Assembly: GCA_022821085.1 (NCBI GenBank)
Contig: JAJEEG010000006.1
Span: 689,330 to 753,329 of the forward strand
Reading direction: 5' to 3'
DNA length: 64,000 bases
Origin: Candidatus Latescibacterota bacterium
Lineage (GTDB): Bacteria > JAAXHH01
In this document: piece after piece, positions 27,076 through 36,844 of the stretch
How the letters are laid out: each line of letters opens with the position of its first letter
Numbering within the stretch: the stretch's first letter is position 1
The notes under the pieces: generated by a model
Database searches by the model: none
What the model was told of the DNA's origin: nothing
What the model saw: the letters and a program-made list of their open reading frames with translations, nothing else
Translations under genes and position numbers: made by a program

Positions 27076-27155
27076 TCGCGGGCGGTTATGACCCGCCCCG
27101 AGCGACCGGAGACCGGAGCCCAACTCACCATCCCCAACGAACGGAATAACAGACC

Positions 27156-28529
27156 ATGGATAATGTCATTTCCTACCTGGAAGGACAGCGAACCCAGGCC
27201 CTGGAGGGCTTGAAGGACTTCCTCCGCATTCCCAGCGTGAGCACCCATCCCCACCACCGCGAGGACCTCCGCCGTTGCGCCCGTTTCCTCGCCGACGAAC
27301 TGAAACGGATCGGCATGCAAAACGTGGCGGTGAATCCCACGTCCGGCCATCCCATCGTAACGGCGGATTGGCTCGGCGCGCCAGGCAGGCCCACCGTCCT
27401 GTTATACGGCCACTACGACGTCCAGCCCGCGGAACCCTTTGAACTCTGGGAGAGCGATCCCTTCGATCCCGTGATCCGGGGGGACAACCTCTACGCCCGG
27501 GGATCGACGGACGACAAGGGGCAGGTCTGGCTGCACGTGAAGGCACTGGAAGCCCACCTGCGGGAGAACGGCCGGCTTCCGGTGAACGTCCGCATGCTGA
27601 TCGAGGGCGAGGAGGAGGTCTCGAGCGAGAACCTGGAAGCCTACCTGGAAAGCCACAGGGAGGAACTGGGGGCGGACGTGGTGGTCATTTCCGACACGTC
27701 CATGTTCGACTACGAGCAGCCCTCGATCGGGTATGCCCTGCGGGGGATGGCCTACATGGAGGTCCGCCTCGAGGGCCCCAACAAGGACCTGCATTCGGGC
27801 GTCTATGGCGGCGCGGTGCCCAACCCTCTGAACGTACTGTCGGAGATGCTGGGCAAGATGGTGGACGGCGACGGACGGATCACCGTGCCCGGGTTCTACG
27901 ACGACGTCCTGCCCCTGGGCGTCGAAGAGCGTGCATCCCTTGCCGCGCTGCCTTTTGACGAGGAAGGCTTCGCCGGAAGACTGGGCCTGCCGGGATCCAC
28001 GGGCGAGAAAGGCTACTCGACCCTGGAACGCCTGTGGGCGCGGCCCACCCTTGATGTGAACGGGATGCTGGGGGGATTCACGGGCGAGGGGTCGAAGACC
28101 GTGATCCCGTCGAAGGCCATGGCCAAGGTGAGCATGCGCCTCGTGCCGAACCAGGACCCCGAAAGGATCGCCCACGCGTTCGAAGATTACGTCAGAAGCC
28201 TTGCGCCGCCCACGGTCAAGGTGGAAGTCATCCATCACGGCACGGGCAAGCCGGTCCTCACGGCACGGGACCATCCCGCGGTGACGGCCGCACATCAGGC
28301 CATTACGCGCGGCTTCGGCAAGGAGCCCGTCTACATCCGGGAAGGCGGCAGCATTCCGGTGGTGGCCATGTTCGAGGAGATACTCGGCCTGCCCACGGTC
28401 CTGATGGCTTTCGGCCTGCCCGACTGCGATGCCCACGCGCCCAACGAGAAGTTCCACCTGCCCAATTTCTACCGGGGTATTGACAGCGCGGCCTGGTTCT
28501 ACGAGGAGTACGGCCGTTACGCGGACTGA
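27156..28529 (+). CDS. M20-family dipeptidase (M20A/YgeY-like)
   Basis: 457 aa product. Carries HYDVQP, GSTDDKG, EGEEE and a dimerisation-domain insert. Confidence 0.8.
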   Translation: MDNVISYLEGQRTQALEGLKDFLRIPSVSTHPHHREDLRRCARFLADELKRIGMQNVAVNPTSGHPIVTADWLGAPGRPTVLLYGHYDVQPAEPFELWESDPFDPVIRGDNLYARGSTDDKGQVWLHVKALEAHLRENGRLPVNVRMLIEGEEEVSSENLEAYLESHREELGADVVVISDTSMFDYEQPSIGYALRGMAYMEVRLEGPNKDLHSGVYGGAVPNPLNVLSEMLGKMVDGDGRITVPGFYDDVLPLGVEERASLAALPFDEEGFAGRLGLPGSTGEKGYSTLERLWARPTLDVNGMLGGFTGEGSKTVIPSKAMAKVSMRLVPNQDPERIAHAFEDYVRSLAPPTVKVEVIHHGTGKPVLTARDHPAVTAAHQAITRGFGKEPVYIREGGSIPVVAMFEEILGLPTVLMAFGLPDCDAHAPNEKFHLPNFYRGIDSAAWFYEEYGRYAD

Positions 28530-29818
28530 CCGGCGGCCGCCCGTTTCTCCATGGCGTCCACCGAGGTCGCCACGGCGGCATCGCCCGTGACGTTCACCGC
28601 GGTGCGGCACATGTCGAGGATGCGGTCGACGCCGAGGATCAGCGCGATGCCCGCGGCCGGCACGCCGATGGTCTCCAGGATGATGATCAGCATGATGATG
28701 CCCGCGCCGGGTACAGCGGCCGTGCCGATGGAGGCGAGGACGGCCGTGAGGACGATCTGCAGCTGGGCGGTCATGTCGAGCCCGAGCCCGAGGGCCTGGG
28801 CGATGAACACGGCGGCCACGGCCTGGTAGAGGGCGGTGCCGTCCATGTTGATCGTGGCGCCGAGGGGCAGGACGAAGGACGAAACCTCTTTCGTGACGCC
28901 GAGATTCCGTTGGCTCACATCCATGGTGACGGGTAGGGTGGCCCCGCTGGAGCTGGAGGAGAAAGCCAGGAGCTGGGCCGGGGCGATCCCCCGGAAGAAG
29001 CGGACGATCTTCATGTTGGAGAAGATCTTCAGCATGAGCGGGTAGGTGACGATGCCGTGGATCAGCAGGCCAACGAGGACCACCAGGCAGTAAAAGCCAA
29101 GGGCTCCGAGGAGTTCGCCGACCGCGGACAGATCATCCCTGGCCACCTGGTTGATGGTCTTGGCGATCAGGGCGAAGACCCCGATGGGGGCGGCGACCAT
29201 GATCATGTGTACGATCTGGATGATGACCGACGTGAGCCCGCCGAAGAAATCCACCAGGGGCTTGCCCTTGTCGGCCGGGATCAGTACCAGGGCAATGCCG
29301 AAGAGGAGAGAGAAGAAGACGACCTGGAGCATCCGCCCGTTATTGCTCAGGGCGCCGAAGATGTTGTCGGGGGTCATGTCCACGAAGACCTGCAGCGGAC
29401 CCCGCTCCCTGGCCGTTTCGGCCCGCTCCATGTCCGATTCCGCGTCGGACTGGTAGGCCGCCTGCAGCTGTTCCTGCAGCCCCTGGGGCACGCCCGTGCC
29501 GGGTTCGAGCAGGTTGACCATGACGAGGCCGATGGTCACGGAGACGGTCGTCGTGAGGATGTAGATGGCGATCGTCCTGCCCCCGATGCGTGACAGTTTC
29601 TTCACGTCCGACAGGGAAGCGACGCCCATGATGAGCGAGCCCAGCACGAGGGGAACGGCGATGACCTTGAGCAGGTTCAGGAAGATGTCGCCGAAGGGCG
29701 TGATCCAGTCCTCGGTGAACCGGCTCCAGCCCATGGCCGCGGAGAGTAATCCGTACAACAGGCCCAGGATCATGCCAATGATGATCTTCCAGTGCAGGGG
29801 CAGGCGCCACAGGTTCAT
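28517..29818 (-). CDS. gltP: Dicarboxylate/amino-acid:cation symporter (GltP/DctA family; likely glutamate/aspartate symporter)
   Basis: 433 aa product. DAACS motifs (FGDIFLNLLKVIAVPLV, SSSSGATLP, NMDGTALYQ). Confidence 0.85.
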   Translation of the reverse strand: MNLWRLPLHWKIIIGMILGLLYGLLSAAMGWSRFTEDWITPFGDIFLNLLKVIAVPLVLGSLIMGVASLSDVKKLSRIGGRTIAIYILTTTVSVTIGLVMVNLLEPGTGVPQGLQEQLQAAYQSDAESDMERAETARERGPLQVFVDMTPDNIFGALSNNGRMLQVVFFSLLFGIALVLIPADKGKPLVDFFGGLTSVIIQIVHMIMVAAPIGVFALIAKTINQVARDDLSAVGELLGALGFYCLVVLVGLLIHGIVTYPLMLKIFSNMKIVRFFRGIAPAQLLAFSSSSSGATLPVTMDVSQRNLGVTKEVSSFVLPLGATINMDGTALYQAVAAVFIAQALGLGLDMTAQLQIVLTAVLASIGTAAVPGAGIIMLIIILETIGVPAAGIALILGVDRILDMCRTAVNVTGDAAVATSVDAMEKRAAAGQSA

Positions 29819-29845
29819 ATGGAATGATCGCTCCGCGGTTTCGGT

Positions 29846-30847
29846 CTAAACGGCAACGTCGTGGAAAAGCCCCTGGACGGTGCGGACCAGCTTCGCCTCG
29901 TCGGGAATGGTTTCCGGTTCCAGCCCGGGGCTGAAGGGTACGGGGACGTCCATGGCCCCCACGCGCTTTACCGGGGCGTCCAGGTAGTCGAAAGCCTCGT
30001 CGGCGATCCGGGAGGCCAGCTCACCCGTGACCCCGTAGCTCCGGTAGGCCTCGTCGACCACCACGGCGCGGCTGGTCTTCTCGACGGAACGAATGATCGT
30101 GTCCATGTCGAGCGGCGACAGCGTCCTGGGATCCACCACCTCCACGCTGACGCCCTCCTTATCCAGCATGTCCGCGGCCTTGAGCGCGGTGTGCACCATG
30201 CTCGAGGTGGCGACGAGGGTCACGTCCGACCCTTCCCGCTTTATGTCGGCCACGCCGAAGGGTATGGTGTAGTCGTCGTCATCGGGTACCGGCCCCTTCA
30301 GGCCGTACATCATCTTGTCTTCGTAGATGACGGTGGGGTTGTCGTCGCGGATAGAGGTCTTGAGCAGGCCCTTCAGGTCGGCCGGCGTGGAGGGGATGGC
30401 CACCTTGACGCCGGGTATGTGGGACAGCCAGGCCTGCAGGCTCTGGGAGTGCTGGGCCGCGGAGGAACGGCCGGCACCGATGGTGGTCCGGATCGTCAGC
30501 GGCACGCTGGCCTGCCCGCCCGTCATGTAACACATCTTGGCCGCCTGGTTGACGATCTGGTCCATGGCGATGGTGATGAAGTCGCCGAACATGATCTCGA
30601 CGATGGGCCGCATGCCCGTCAGGGCGGCGCCCACGCCGGCGCCCATGATGCCCGCTTCCGAAATGGGCGTGTCCCGCACCCGTTCTTCGCCGAATTCGTC
30701 AAGCAGCCCCACGGTGACTTTGAATACGCCGCCCGCGGCGGCCACGTCCTCTCCCATGAAGAAGACGGTCTCGTCCCGCCGCATCTCCTCCGCGATGGCC
30801 TCGCGGACTGCTTCGCCATAGGTAATCACGCGCTCAGGCGTAGACAT
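29846..30847 (-). CDS. 2-oxoacid (pyruvate/acetoin) dehydrogenase E1 component beta subunit
   Basis: 333 aa product. Transketolase-like pyrimidine-binding and C-terminal domains (FMGEDVAAAGGVFKVT...). Overlaps the alpha subunit by 14 nt. Confidence 0.88.
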   Translation of the reverse strand: MSTPERVITYGEAVREAIAEEMRRDETVFFMGEDVAAAGGVFKVTVGLLDEFGEERVRDTPISEAGIMGAGVGAALTGMRPIVEIMFGDFITIAMDQIVNQAAKMCYMTGGQASVPLTIRTTIGAGRSSAAQHSQSLQAWLSHIPGVKVAIPSTPADLKGLLKTSIRDDNPTVIYEDKMMYGLKGPVPDDDDYTIPFGVADIKREGSDVTLVATSSMVHTALKAADMLDKEGVSVEVVDPRTLSPLDMDTIIRSVEKTSRAVVVDEAYRSYGVTGELASRIADEAFDYLDAPVKRVGAMDVPVPFSPGLEPETIPDEAKLVRTVQGLFHDVAV

Positions 30848-31853
30848 GGTCGGTCACCTCGTCGGCCGTGGGGTAGGGGGAATCGTTCGCGAAGGTCACG
30901 GCGTCTTCCACACGCTTCGTGATGTCCGCGTCGATGGATTCCAGTTCCGCCTCGTCGACCATGCCCGCCTTCAGCATGCGCCGGGCGAAGCGGGGAATGG
31001 GATCCTTCGCGAGCCACGTGTCCGTCTCCTCCTGGGTCCGGTAGGTCTTCTCCGGGTCGCCGTCGCCCACGTGGTGCCCGCGGTACCGGTAGGTCTTGTT
31101 CTCGATCAGGCACGGTCCCTCGCCGGCCCGGGCCCGCTCCACCATCTCCACCGCGGTCTGGTGCACCGCAACGGCGTCGTTGCCGTCCACGACCATGGCC
31201 GGCATGTCGAACCCCGCGGCCCGTTCGGCCACGTGTTCTCTGACGGCCGTTACGTCGCTGGCGGCCGTATATTCTCCATAATGGTTGTTTTCGCAGACGA
31301 ACAGGACGGGCAGCGACCAGATGGAAGCCAGGTTGGCGGATTCCAGGAAGGCGCCCTGGTTGATGGCGCCGTCGCCGAAGAAGCACACGGCCACCTGCCC
31401 GCTGCCGCGCATCTTGCCGCTCAGGGCCGCGCCGGTCGCCATGCCCATGCCGCCCCCCACGATCCCGTTGGCGCCCAGGATGCCCAGGCTCATGTCGGCG
31501 ATGTGCATGGTGCCGCCCTTGCCGCGGTTGTAGCCGTCGACCTTGCCCATCATCTCCGCCATCATGCGGTCGACCTTGCCGCCCTTCGCGATCAGGTGGC
31601 CGTGGCCCCGGTGGGTGCTGGTGAGGTAGTCGTCGTCGTTCAACGCCGAGCAAATGCCCACGGCCGAGGCTTCCTGGCCGATGTACAGGTGCGCCAGACC
31701 GCGCATCAGGCCCTGGGTGTAGATCTCCAGCACGGCCTCCTCGAAGCGCCGAATGGTCAGCATTTTGTCATAGATTTCCCGGCACTGCGGCTCGGGCAGC
31801 GGCAGCGTTCCTTCGTCGCTGGAGGTCGTGATCAACTCCAGGGATTCGGACAT
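30834..31853 (-). CDS. 2-oxoacid dehydrogenase E1 component alpha subunit (TPP-binding)
   Basis: 339 aa product. TPP motif GDGAINQG...NN and a YRYRGHHVGDGDPEKTYR phosphorylation-loop-like region. Confidence 0.88.
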   Translation of the reverse strand: MSESLELITTSSDEGTLPLPEPQCREIYDKMLTIRRFEEAVLEIYTQGLMRGLAHLYIGQEASAVGICSALNDDDYLTSTHRGHGHLIAKGGKVDRMMAEMMGKVDGYNRGKGGTMHIADMSLGILGANGIVGGGMGMATGAALSGKMRGSGQVAVCFFGDGAINQGAFLESANLASIWSLPVLFVCENNHYGEYTAASDVTAVREHVAERAAGFDMPAMVVDGNDAVAVHQTAVEMVERARAGEGPCLIENKTYRYRGHHVGDGDPEKTYRTQEETDTWLAKDPIPRFARRMLKAGMVDEAELESIDADITKRVEDAVTFANDSPYPTADEVTDHVYA

Positions 31854-32009
31854 GGACCCATCGCTCCTGAACGGTATAGGTTTACGGAATTACAGGTTCG
31901 GACGAACTGTGACATAATACGGGTGGGCCGACGGGCAGGCAAGAGGAAAATACCCGCGACGAAACGCTGTCGATCCCGCTCGGTTTCAGCGGTTTTTCGC
32001 GCCTTTAGC

Positions 32010-32570
32010 TCACCCGGTTTGCGTGGGCGCGAATCCACGGTTGAGCCGGCGCACCAGCGGCGGGGCAATGAGGATGATCAGGACCGTCTCGGGGACGACG
32101 ACGCTGGCATTGTACAGCAGGGCGTAGAGCCACGGCGCCGTCCATTCCTGGAGCAGGGGGGAGAGGGTGATTCCGGTGTGGTCCCGGACCAGTTCGTAGA
32201 CCTGCCGGTTCAGTTCCGGGGGGGTGAAGGCCGCGAAGTAGACCGCGCCGGACACCACGTGGCTCGCCAGGCGGAGTACGCCGGCCGCCAGGATGCCCAT
32301 CCGGGGCCAGGAAGGGAAGTAGCCGATGATCCCGATCAGTGCGTAGGGGAGCAGGTAGTCCAGGAAGACCTGTATGGGATGGAAGATGACCGGGTCGACG
32401 ATCAGCGTGACCAGGCCCGCGGCGAGCCCCCCGGCCATGCCCGCCCTGGGGCCGTAAGTGATCGAAAGGTAGACCAGCGGAAGGATCTTGAGCGAAAGCG
32501 AGCCGCCCCAGGGCAGCCGGTATAGCCGGATGAACCCGAGGAGGACCGCGAGGGCCACGGCCACGGCCAT
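32010..32570 (-). CDS. thiT: ECF-transporter S component, ThiT-like (thiamine)
   Basis: Six-TM S-component pattern with ThiT-like segments. Start taken at internal MAVAVALAV, because the upstream ORF otherwise overlaps by 47 nt. Confidence 0.55.
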   Translation of the reverse strand: MAVAVALAVLLGFIRLYRLPWGGSLSLKILPLVYLSITYGPRAGMAGGLAAGLVTLIVDPVIFHPIQVFLDYLLPYALIGIIGYFPSWPRMGILAAGVLRLASHVVSGAVYFAAFTPPELNRQVYELVRDHTGITLSPLLQEWTAPWLYALLYNASVVVPETVLIILIAPPLVRRLNRGFAPTQTG

Positions 32571-32598
32571 GGCCGTCAGGCGGCGCGTGCCGGCGGCG

Positions 32599-33258
32599 CT
32601 ATTCGCCGCCTTTGGATTCGCTTTCTTCGGGCTCGTGCTTGCCATGTCCGTTCATTTCGGCGACGCGCTTCAGTTTTTCCTGTTTATCCAGTTTCTGCAT
32701 CGTCACGAGGAGCGCCGTGTCGAGTTTCCTGATCCGTTCCGTGGTGGAAGTCAGTTCCAGCAGGGACTGTCTTTCATTCAGGACCATGTCGATCGTCGAC
32801 GCGATGATGAAGGAGAAGTGCACCGGGTCGAATATGCCGCGGATGGCGCCCACGCCCCTGGTCTGCAGGCGGATCATTTTCTGGTAGGCGTTCAGGACCT
32901 TCTTCAGGAGGTCGGAGGGGATGTCCTCGTTCTCGTCGTCGAAGTACTCCACCACGGCTTCCAGGTAGGACTCGCGGTTCAGCACGTCGAGGACCCGGAA
33001 CCGCCTGCGGCCCTCGGTGAGGATATCCATGGAACCGTTCTCGAACTGTCTCAGTATCTGCGTGATCCGGGCCGTGCATCCCACCTGGCACAACTGGGTT
33101 TCATGAAGGAGGAGTATGCCGAATTCCGTTTTCTCCTGGAGACACTTGTGCACCATTTCCTTGTAGCGCGGTTCGAAAATGTGCAGGTGCAGGGGCATGC
33201 CCGGGAAGAGCACGGTGTTGAGCGGAAAGAGCGGTATTTCTGGAGTATTCATAGCCAT
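32599..33258 (-). CDS. LON N-terminal (substrate-binding) domain-only protein
   Basis: 219 aa product. Begins PLFPLNTVLFPGMPLHLHIFEPRYKEMV..., the typical Lon-N/PUA-like opening. No AAA+ or protease domains. Confidence 0.7.
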   Translation of the reverse strand: MAMNTPEIPLFPLNTVLFPGMPLHLHIFEPRYKEMVHKCLQEKTEFGILLLHETQLCQVGCTARITQILRQFENGSMDILTEGRRRFRVLDVLNRESYLEAVVEYFDDENEDIPSDLLKKVLNAYQKMIRLQTRGVGAIRGIFDPVHFSFIIASTIDMVLNERQSLLELTSTTERIRKLDTALLVTMQKLDKQEKLKRVAEMNGHGKHEPEESESKGGE

Positions 33259-33470
33259 GCCGGGTGTACGGAATACGAGAAAATGACGCGGAATCGCACT
33301 GTTGCAGAGGAAGGCGAACGCGGCACGGTGTGCGGCGATACCGAAAATCGCCGCGCGCGGTCATTGCGATCATACGTGTGATCGGGTCATGCGAATCTTA
33401 ATCGGACCTCTTCAAAAATGTCAACGGAATTCGGCGGTCCCCGCGGGTGTTTCAAGGGGGCACTTCCCGC

Positions 33471-33499
33471 TTGACGACCCCCTGCCCGCGGCTATATTA
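33471..33499 (+). promoter_or_regulatory. Sigma-70-like promoter (TTGACG-17-TATATT) upstream of the mutase gene
   Basis: TTGACG at 33471-33476 and TATATT at 33494-33499, about 65 nt before the ATG at 33567. Confidence 0.5.
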
Positions 33500-33566
33500 C
33501 GGTGTTGCTCACGGGTGTAACTGAAATAGTCTGGCGCAATTAAGTAACGTAATAGAATCTTGCCGG

Positions 33567-35216
33567 GTGGACGCGATGAGCGGGATCGAACAAAGGCCGA
33601 AGGAAGTTAAGGGTGGCGGGCGGCCCCTGCGCAAGTCTTCCTTCACAAATATCTCCGGATCTCCCGTGGAAGAGCTGTACACGGGCGGTCGACCATCCGG
33701 TTCCGGCTATCTGCGCGACGAGGGATATCCGGGGCAGTACCCCTACACGCGCGGGATCCACGCTTCCCTGTTTCGCGGCAGGCCCTGGACCATCCGGCAG
33801 TTCTCCGGTTTCGGTTCCGCGGCCGATTCCAATGCCCGTTTCAAGTTTCTCCTGGAACAGGGCCAGGACGGCCTGTCGGTGGCCTTCGACGTACCCACGC
33901 TGATGGGGCTGGATTCGGATCACCCGTCCTCCGAAGGCGAAGTGGGCGTCTGCGGGGTCGCCGTCGACACGCTGGAAGACATGGAGATCCTTTTCAGCGG
34001 CATCCCGCTGGACCGGATCAGCACGTCCATGACCATCAACGCCCCGGCCGCCGTGCTGCTGGCCATGTACCTCGCCCTGGCGGAGCAAAGACGCATACCC
34101 TGGACCGAATTGCGGGGCACGCTGCAGAACGACATCCTGAAAGAGTACATCGCGCAGAAAGAGTGGATCTGCCCGCCGGCCTCGGCGATGCGGTTCGTAT
34201 CCGATACGGTGGTTTTCTGCACGGAGCGCGTTCCCCGGTGGAACCCCGTCAGCATCAGCGGGTACCACATCCGGGAAGCGGGCGCGACGGCCGCCCAGGA
34301 ACTGGCTTTCACGTTGGCGGACGGGTTTGCCTACGTCGACGCCTGCGTTGCCTCCGGCCTCGAAGTCGACCGGTTCGCCTCCCGGCTGTCCTTTTTCTTC
34401 AACGCCCACATCGATTTCTTCGAAGAGATCGCCAAGTACCGCGCCGCCAGGAGAATCTGGGCGCGCCACATGCGCCGGCGGTACGGAGCCCGGTCCGAGC
34501 GATCCTGGATGCTGCGCTTCCACACCCAGACCGCCGGGTGCAGCCTGACCGCCCAGCAGCCGGAGAACAACATCGTGCGCACGGCCGTGGAGGCGCTGTC
34601 CGCGGTGCTGGGCGGCACCCAGTCGCTGCATACCAACGCGCTGGACGAAGCCTACGCGCTGCCCTCGGAAAAGGCAGCCCGCATCGCCGTGCGCACCCAG
34701 CAGATCATCGCCCATGAAACCGGCGTGGCCGACACGGTCGACCCCCTGGGTGGATCGTACTACGTCGAGTCCCTGACGAACCGGCTGGAAGAGGAGGCCG
34801 AGGCGTATTTCAAGAAGATCGACGGTTTCGGCGGCATGGTCGCGGCGATCGAAGCGGGCTTTCCCCAGCGCGAGATCATGGCCGCGGCCAACCGGTACCA
34901 GGCGGAGATCGAAAACAGGGAACGGATCATCACCGGCGTGAACGATTTCGTCGCCCCCGAGGACCGCGACCTGGAGACGCTTCGCATCGACCCCCGCATC
35001 GAAAAGGAACAGCGAAGCCGCCTCGACGCGGTGCGGCGGCGGAGAGACGGCCCGGCGGTCCGCCACGCCCTCGATGCCCTGGGGACCGCGCTGCGGAACG
35101 GGGAGAATATCATGCCGCCCATGCTGGCCGCGGTGAAAGCCTACGCCACGCTGGGCGAGATCGTGGGCGTGATGCAGGAAGTGCACGGGTCGTACGAGGA
35201 ATCCGTGGTTTTTTAG
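33567..35216 (+). CDS. Methylmalonyl-CoA mutase family catalytic (substrate-binding TIM barrel) subunit, with no B12-binding domain in this ORF
   Basis: 549 aa product. MCM large-subunit N-domain similarity ([26 protein letters not shown]...). Ends before the cobalamin-binding Rossmann domain. Confidence 0.85.
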   Translation: MDAMSGIEQRPKEVKGGGRPLRKSSFTNISGSPVEELYTGGRPSGSGYLRDEGYPGQYPYTRGIHASLFRGRPWTIRQFSGFGSAADSNARFKFLLEQGQDGLSVAFDVPTLMGLDSDHPSSEGEVGVCGVAVDTLEDMEILFSGIPLDRISTSMTINAPAAVLLAMYLALAEQRRIPWTELRGTLQNDILKEYIAQKEWICPPASAMRFVSDTVVFCTERVPRWNPVSISGYHIREAGATAAQELAFTLADGFAYVDACVASGLEVDRFASRLSFFFNAHIDFFEEIAKYRAARRIWARHMRRRYGARSERSWMLRFHTQTAGCSLTAQQPENNIVRTAVEALSAVLGGTQSLHTNALDEAYALPSEKAARIAVRTQQIIAHETGVADTVDPLGGSYYVESLTNRLEEEAEAYFKKIDGFGGMVAAIEAGFPQREIMAAANRYQAEIENRERIITGVNDFVAPEDRDLETLRIDPRIEKEQRSRLDAVRRRRDGPAVRHALDALGTALRNGENIMPPMLAAVKAYATLGEIVGVMQEVHGSYEESVVF

Positions 35217-35241
35217 GAATCATAAGGGGAAACCGGATCTT

Positions 35242-36423
35242 ATGCCGCGAAACAAGAAGGGACTGTCCACCCGCTCCGTGCATGGAGGGGAACACCGCGA
35301 CAAACCGTTTTCGTCGGTGACCAATCCCATCGTCCAGACCTCCACCTACGTCTTCCAGAATACCCGGGAGTTGATCGACTACACGACGGGAGAGGTCGAC
35401 CGGGAGGAATACGGACGCTACGGCAACCCCACCAAGTCGGTGGCGGAGCGCAAGATCGCCGAGCTGGAAGGCGGTGAGGACGCCGCCCTCTTCTCTTCGG
35501 GAATGAGCGCCTTCACGTCCGTCCTGCTCGCCATGCTTTCCTCGGGCGCCCACGTGATCGTCATGGACGAGTGCTACCGGCGCAGCCGCCAGTTCTGCCG
35601 GCAGATCCTACCGCGTTACAACATCGACGTGACTTTCGTCAAGACGGGCGATTACGATGAGCTGGCCTCTGCGATCACCGGGAAGACCCGGCTCATCGTG
35701 TCCGAATCTCCCACGAATCCGTACCTGAACGTGATCGACCTGGAGCAGGTCGTGGAGATCGCCGCCCGACACCGGGTAAAGGTGCTGATCGACGGCACCT
35801 TCGCCACGCCCTTCAATCAGAAACCCCTGGATTTCGGGATCGACCTGGTTCTCCACAGCGCCACGAAGTACCTGGGCGGCCACAACGACCTGCTGTCCGG
35901 CGCCGTCGTGGGCAGCGCGCCGCTCATCGCCGCCGTCCGCGAGTTCCGCGACGTCACGGGGGGCATCGTCGATCCGCACGGTGCGTACCTGCTGATCCGC
36001 GGCCTGAAAACTTTCGCCCTGCGCATGGAACAGCACAATGCGAACGGCCTGGCCGTCGCCCGTTTCCTGGAAGACCATCCGCGCATCCGCAAGACCTACT
36101 ATCCCGGGCTGGAAAGCCACGCGGGCCATGAGATCGCGCGCAGGCAGATGACCGGTTTCGGCGGCGTGGTGAGTTTCGAGGTCGACGGCGACATGGACAC
36201 GACCATCCGCTTCATCGACGCGGTGCGCATCCCCTACATCGCGCCGAGTCTGGGCGGCGTGGAGAGCCTGATCGAGCAGCCTGCCATCATGTCTTTTTAT
36301 GAAATGGACCGGTCCGAGCGCCTCGAGATCGGCATCAAGGACGAACTCGTCCGGTTTTCCGTAGGCATCGAAAACGCCGACGATCTGATCGCCGACCTGG
36401 ACCAGGCCCTGGGACAGATCTAG
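35242..36423 (+). CDS. Cys/Met-metabolism PLP-dependent enzyme (cystathionine gamma-synthase / beta-lyase family)
   Basis: 393 aa product. Carries HSATKYLGGHND (PLP lysine) and overall MetB/MetC family similarity. Confidence 0.85.
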   Translation: MPRNKKGLSTRSVHGGEHRDKPFSSVTNPIVQTSTYVFQNTRELIDYTTGEVDREEYGRYGNPTKSVAERKIAELEGGEDAALFSSGMSAFTSVLLAMLSSGAHVIVMDECYRRSRQFCRQILPRYNIDVTFVKTGDYDELASAITGKTRLIVSESPTNPYLNVIDLEQVVEIAARHRVKVLIDGTFATPFNQKPLDFGIDLVLHSATKYLGGHNDLLSGAVVGSAPLIAAVREFRDVTGGIVDPHGAYLLIRGLKTFALRMEQHNANGLAVARFLEDHPRIRKTYYPGLESHAGHEIARRQMTGFGGVVSFEVDGDMDTTIRFIDAVRIPYIAPSLGGVESLIEQPAIMSFYEMDRSERLEIGIKDELVRFSVGIENADDLIADLDQALGQI

Positions 36424-36844
36424 GCGGACCACGCCCCGCATTCTCCAACGCATGGCGCCCGGGATTTTACTCGCACGAAAGTAATAGCGCTTCAATCCTG
36501 TTCCTGCGCAAATACCGCCGACGCAACCAGATCCGTCGTCGCGAACCTCCGCTGCCACTGCCATCAATTCACCAGCTGCAGTGGTTGTAATGAACCGGAA
36601 ACAACCTCACACGACGGTCGATGTCGAAATGCCCTTAATTGCTGTTGCTCACGGGGCTGCGGCAGTGTACCGTTACCGTTCCTCATTTCATTCCGATTGG
36701 CGGTTTTCCGGAACCCTTGATTTTCATATCGGCGCTGGTCGGATTTGATTCGGTTGTTCCTTTGGTAGAAATGTTTATATTTACTTATAATCGTCAGTTG
36801 CATTAGATTCATGAGGTGCGCGAACCCACCATTCCATTGAGAAG

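Noticed and set aside
33259-33566. TPP riboswitch upstream of the LonN-thiT pair
   Set aside because: No CUGAGA box or THI-element-like stems found on either strand of the leader.
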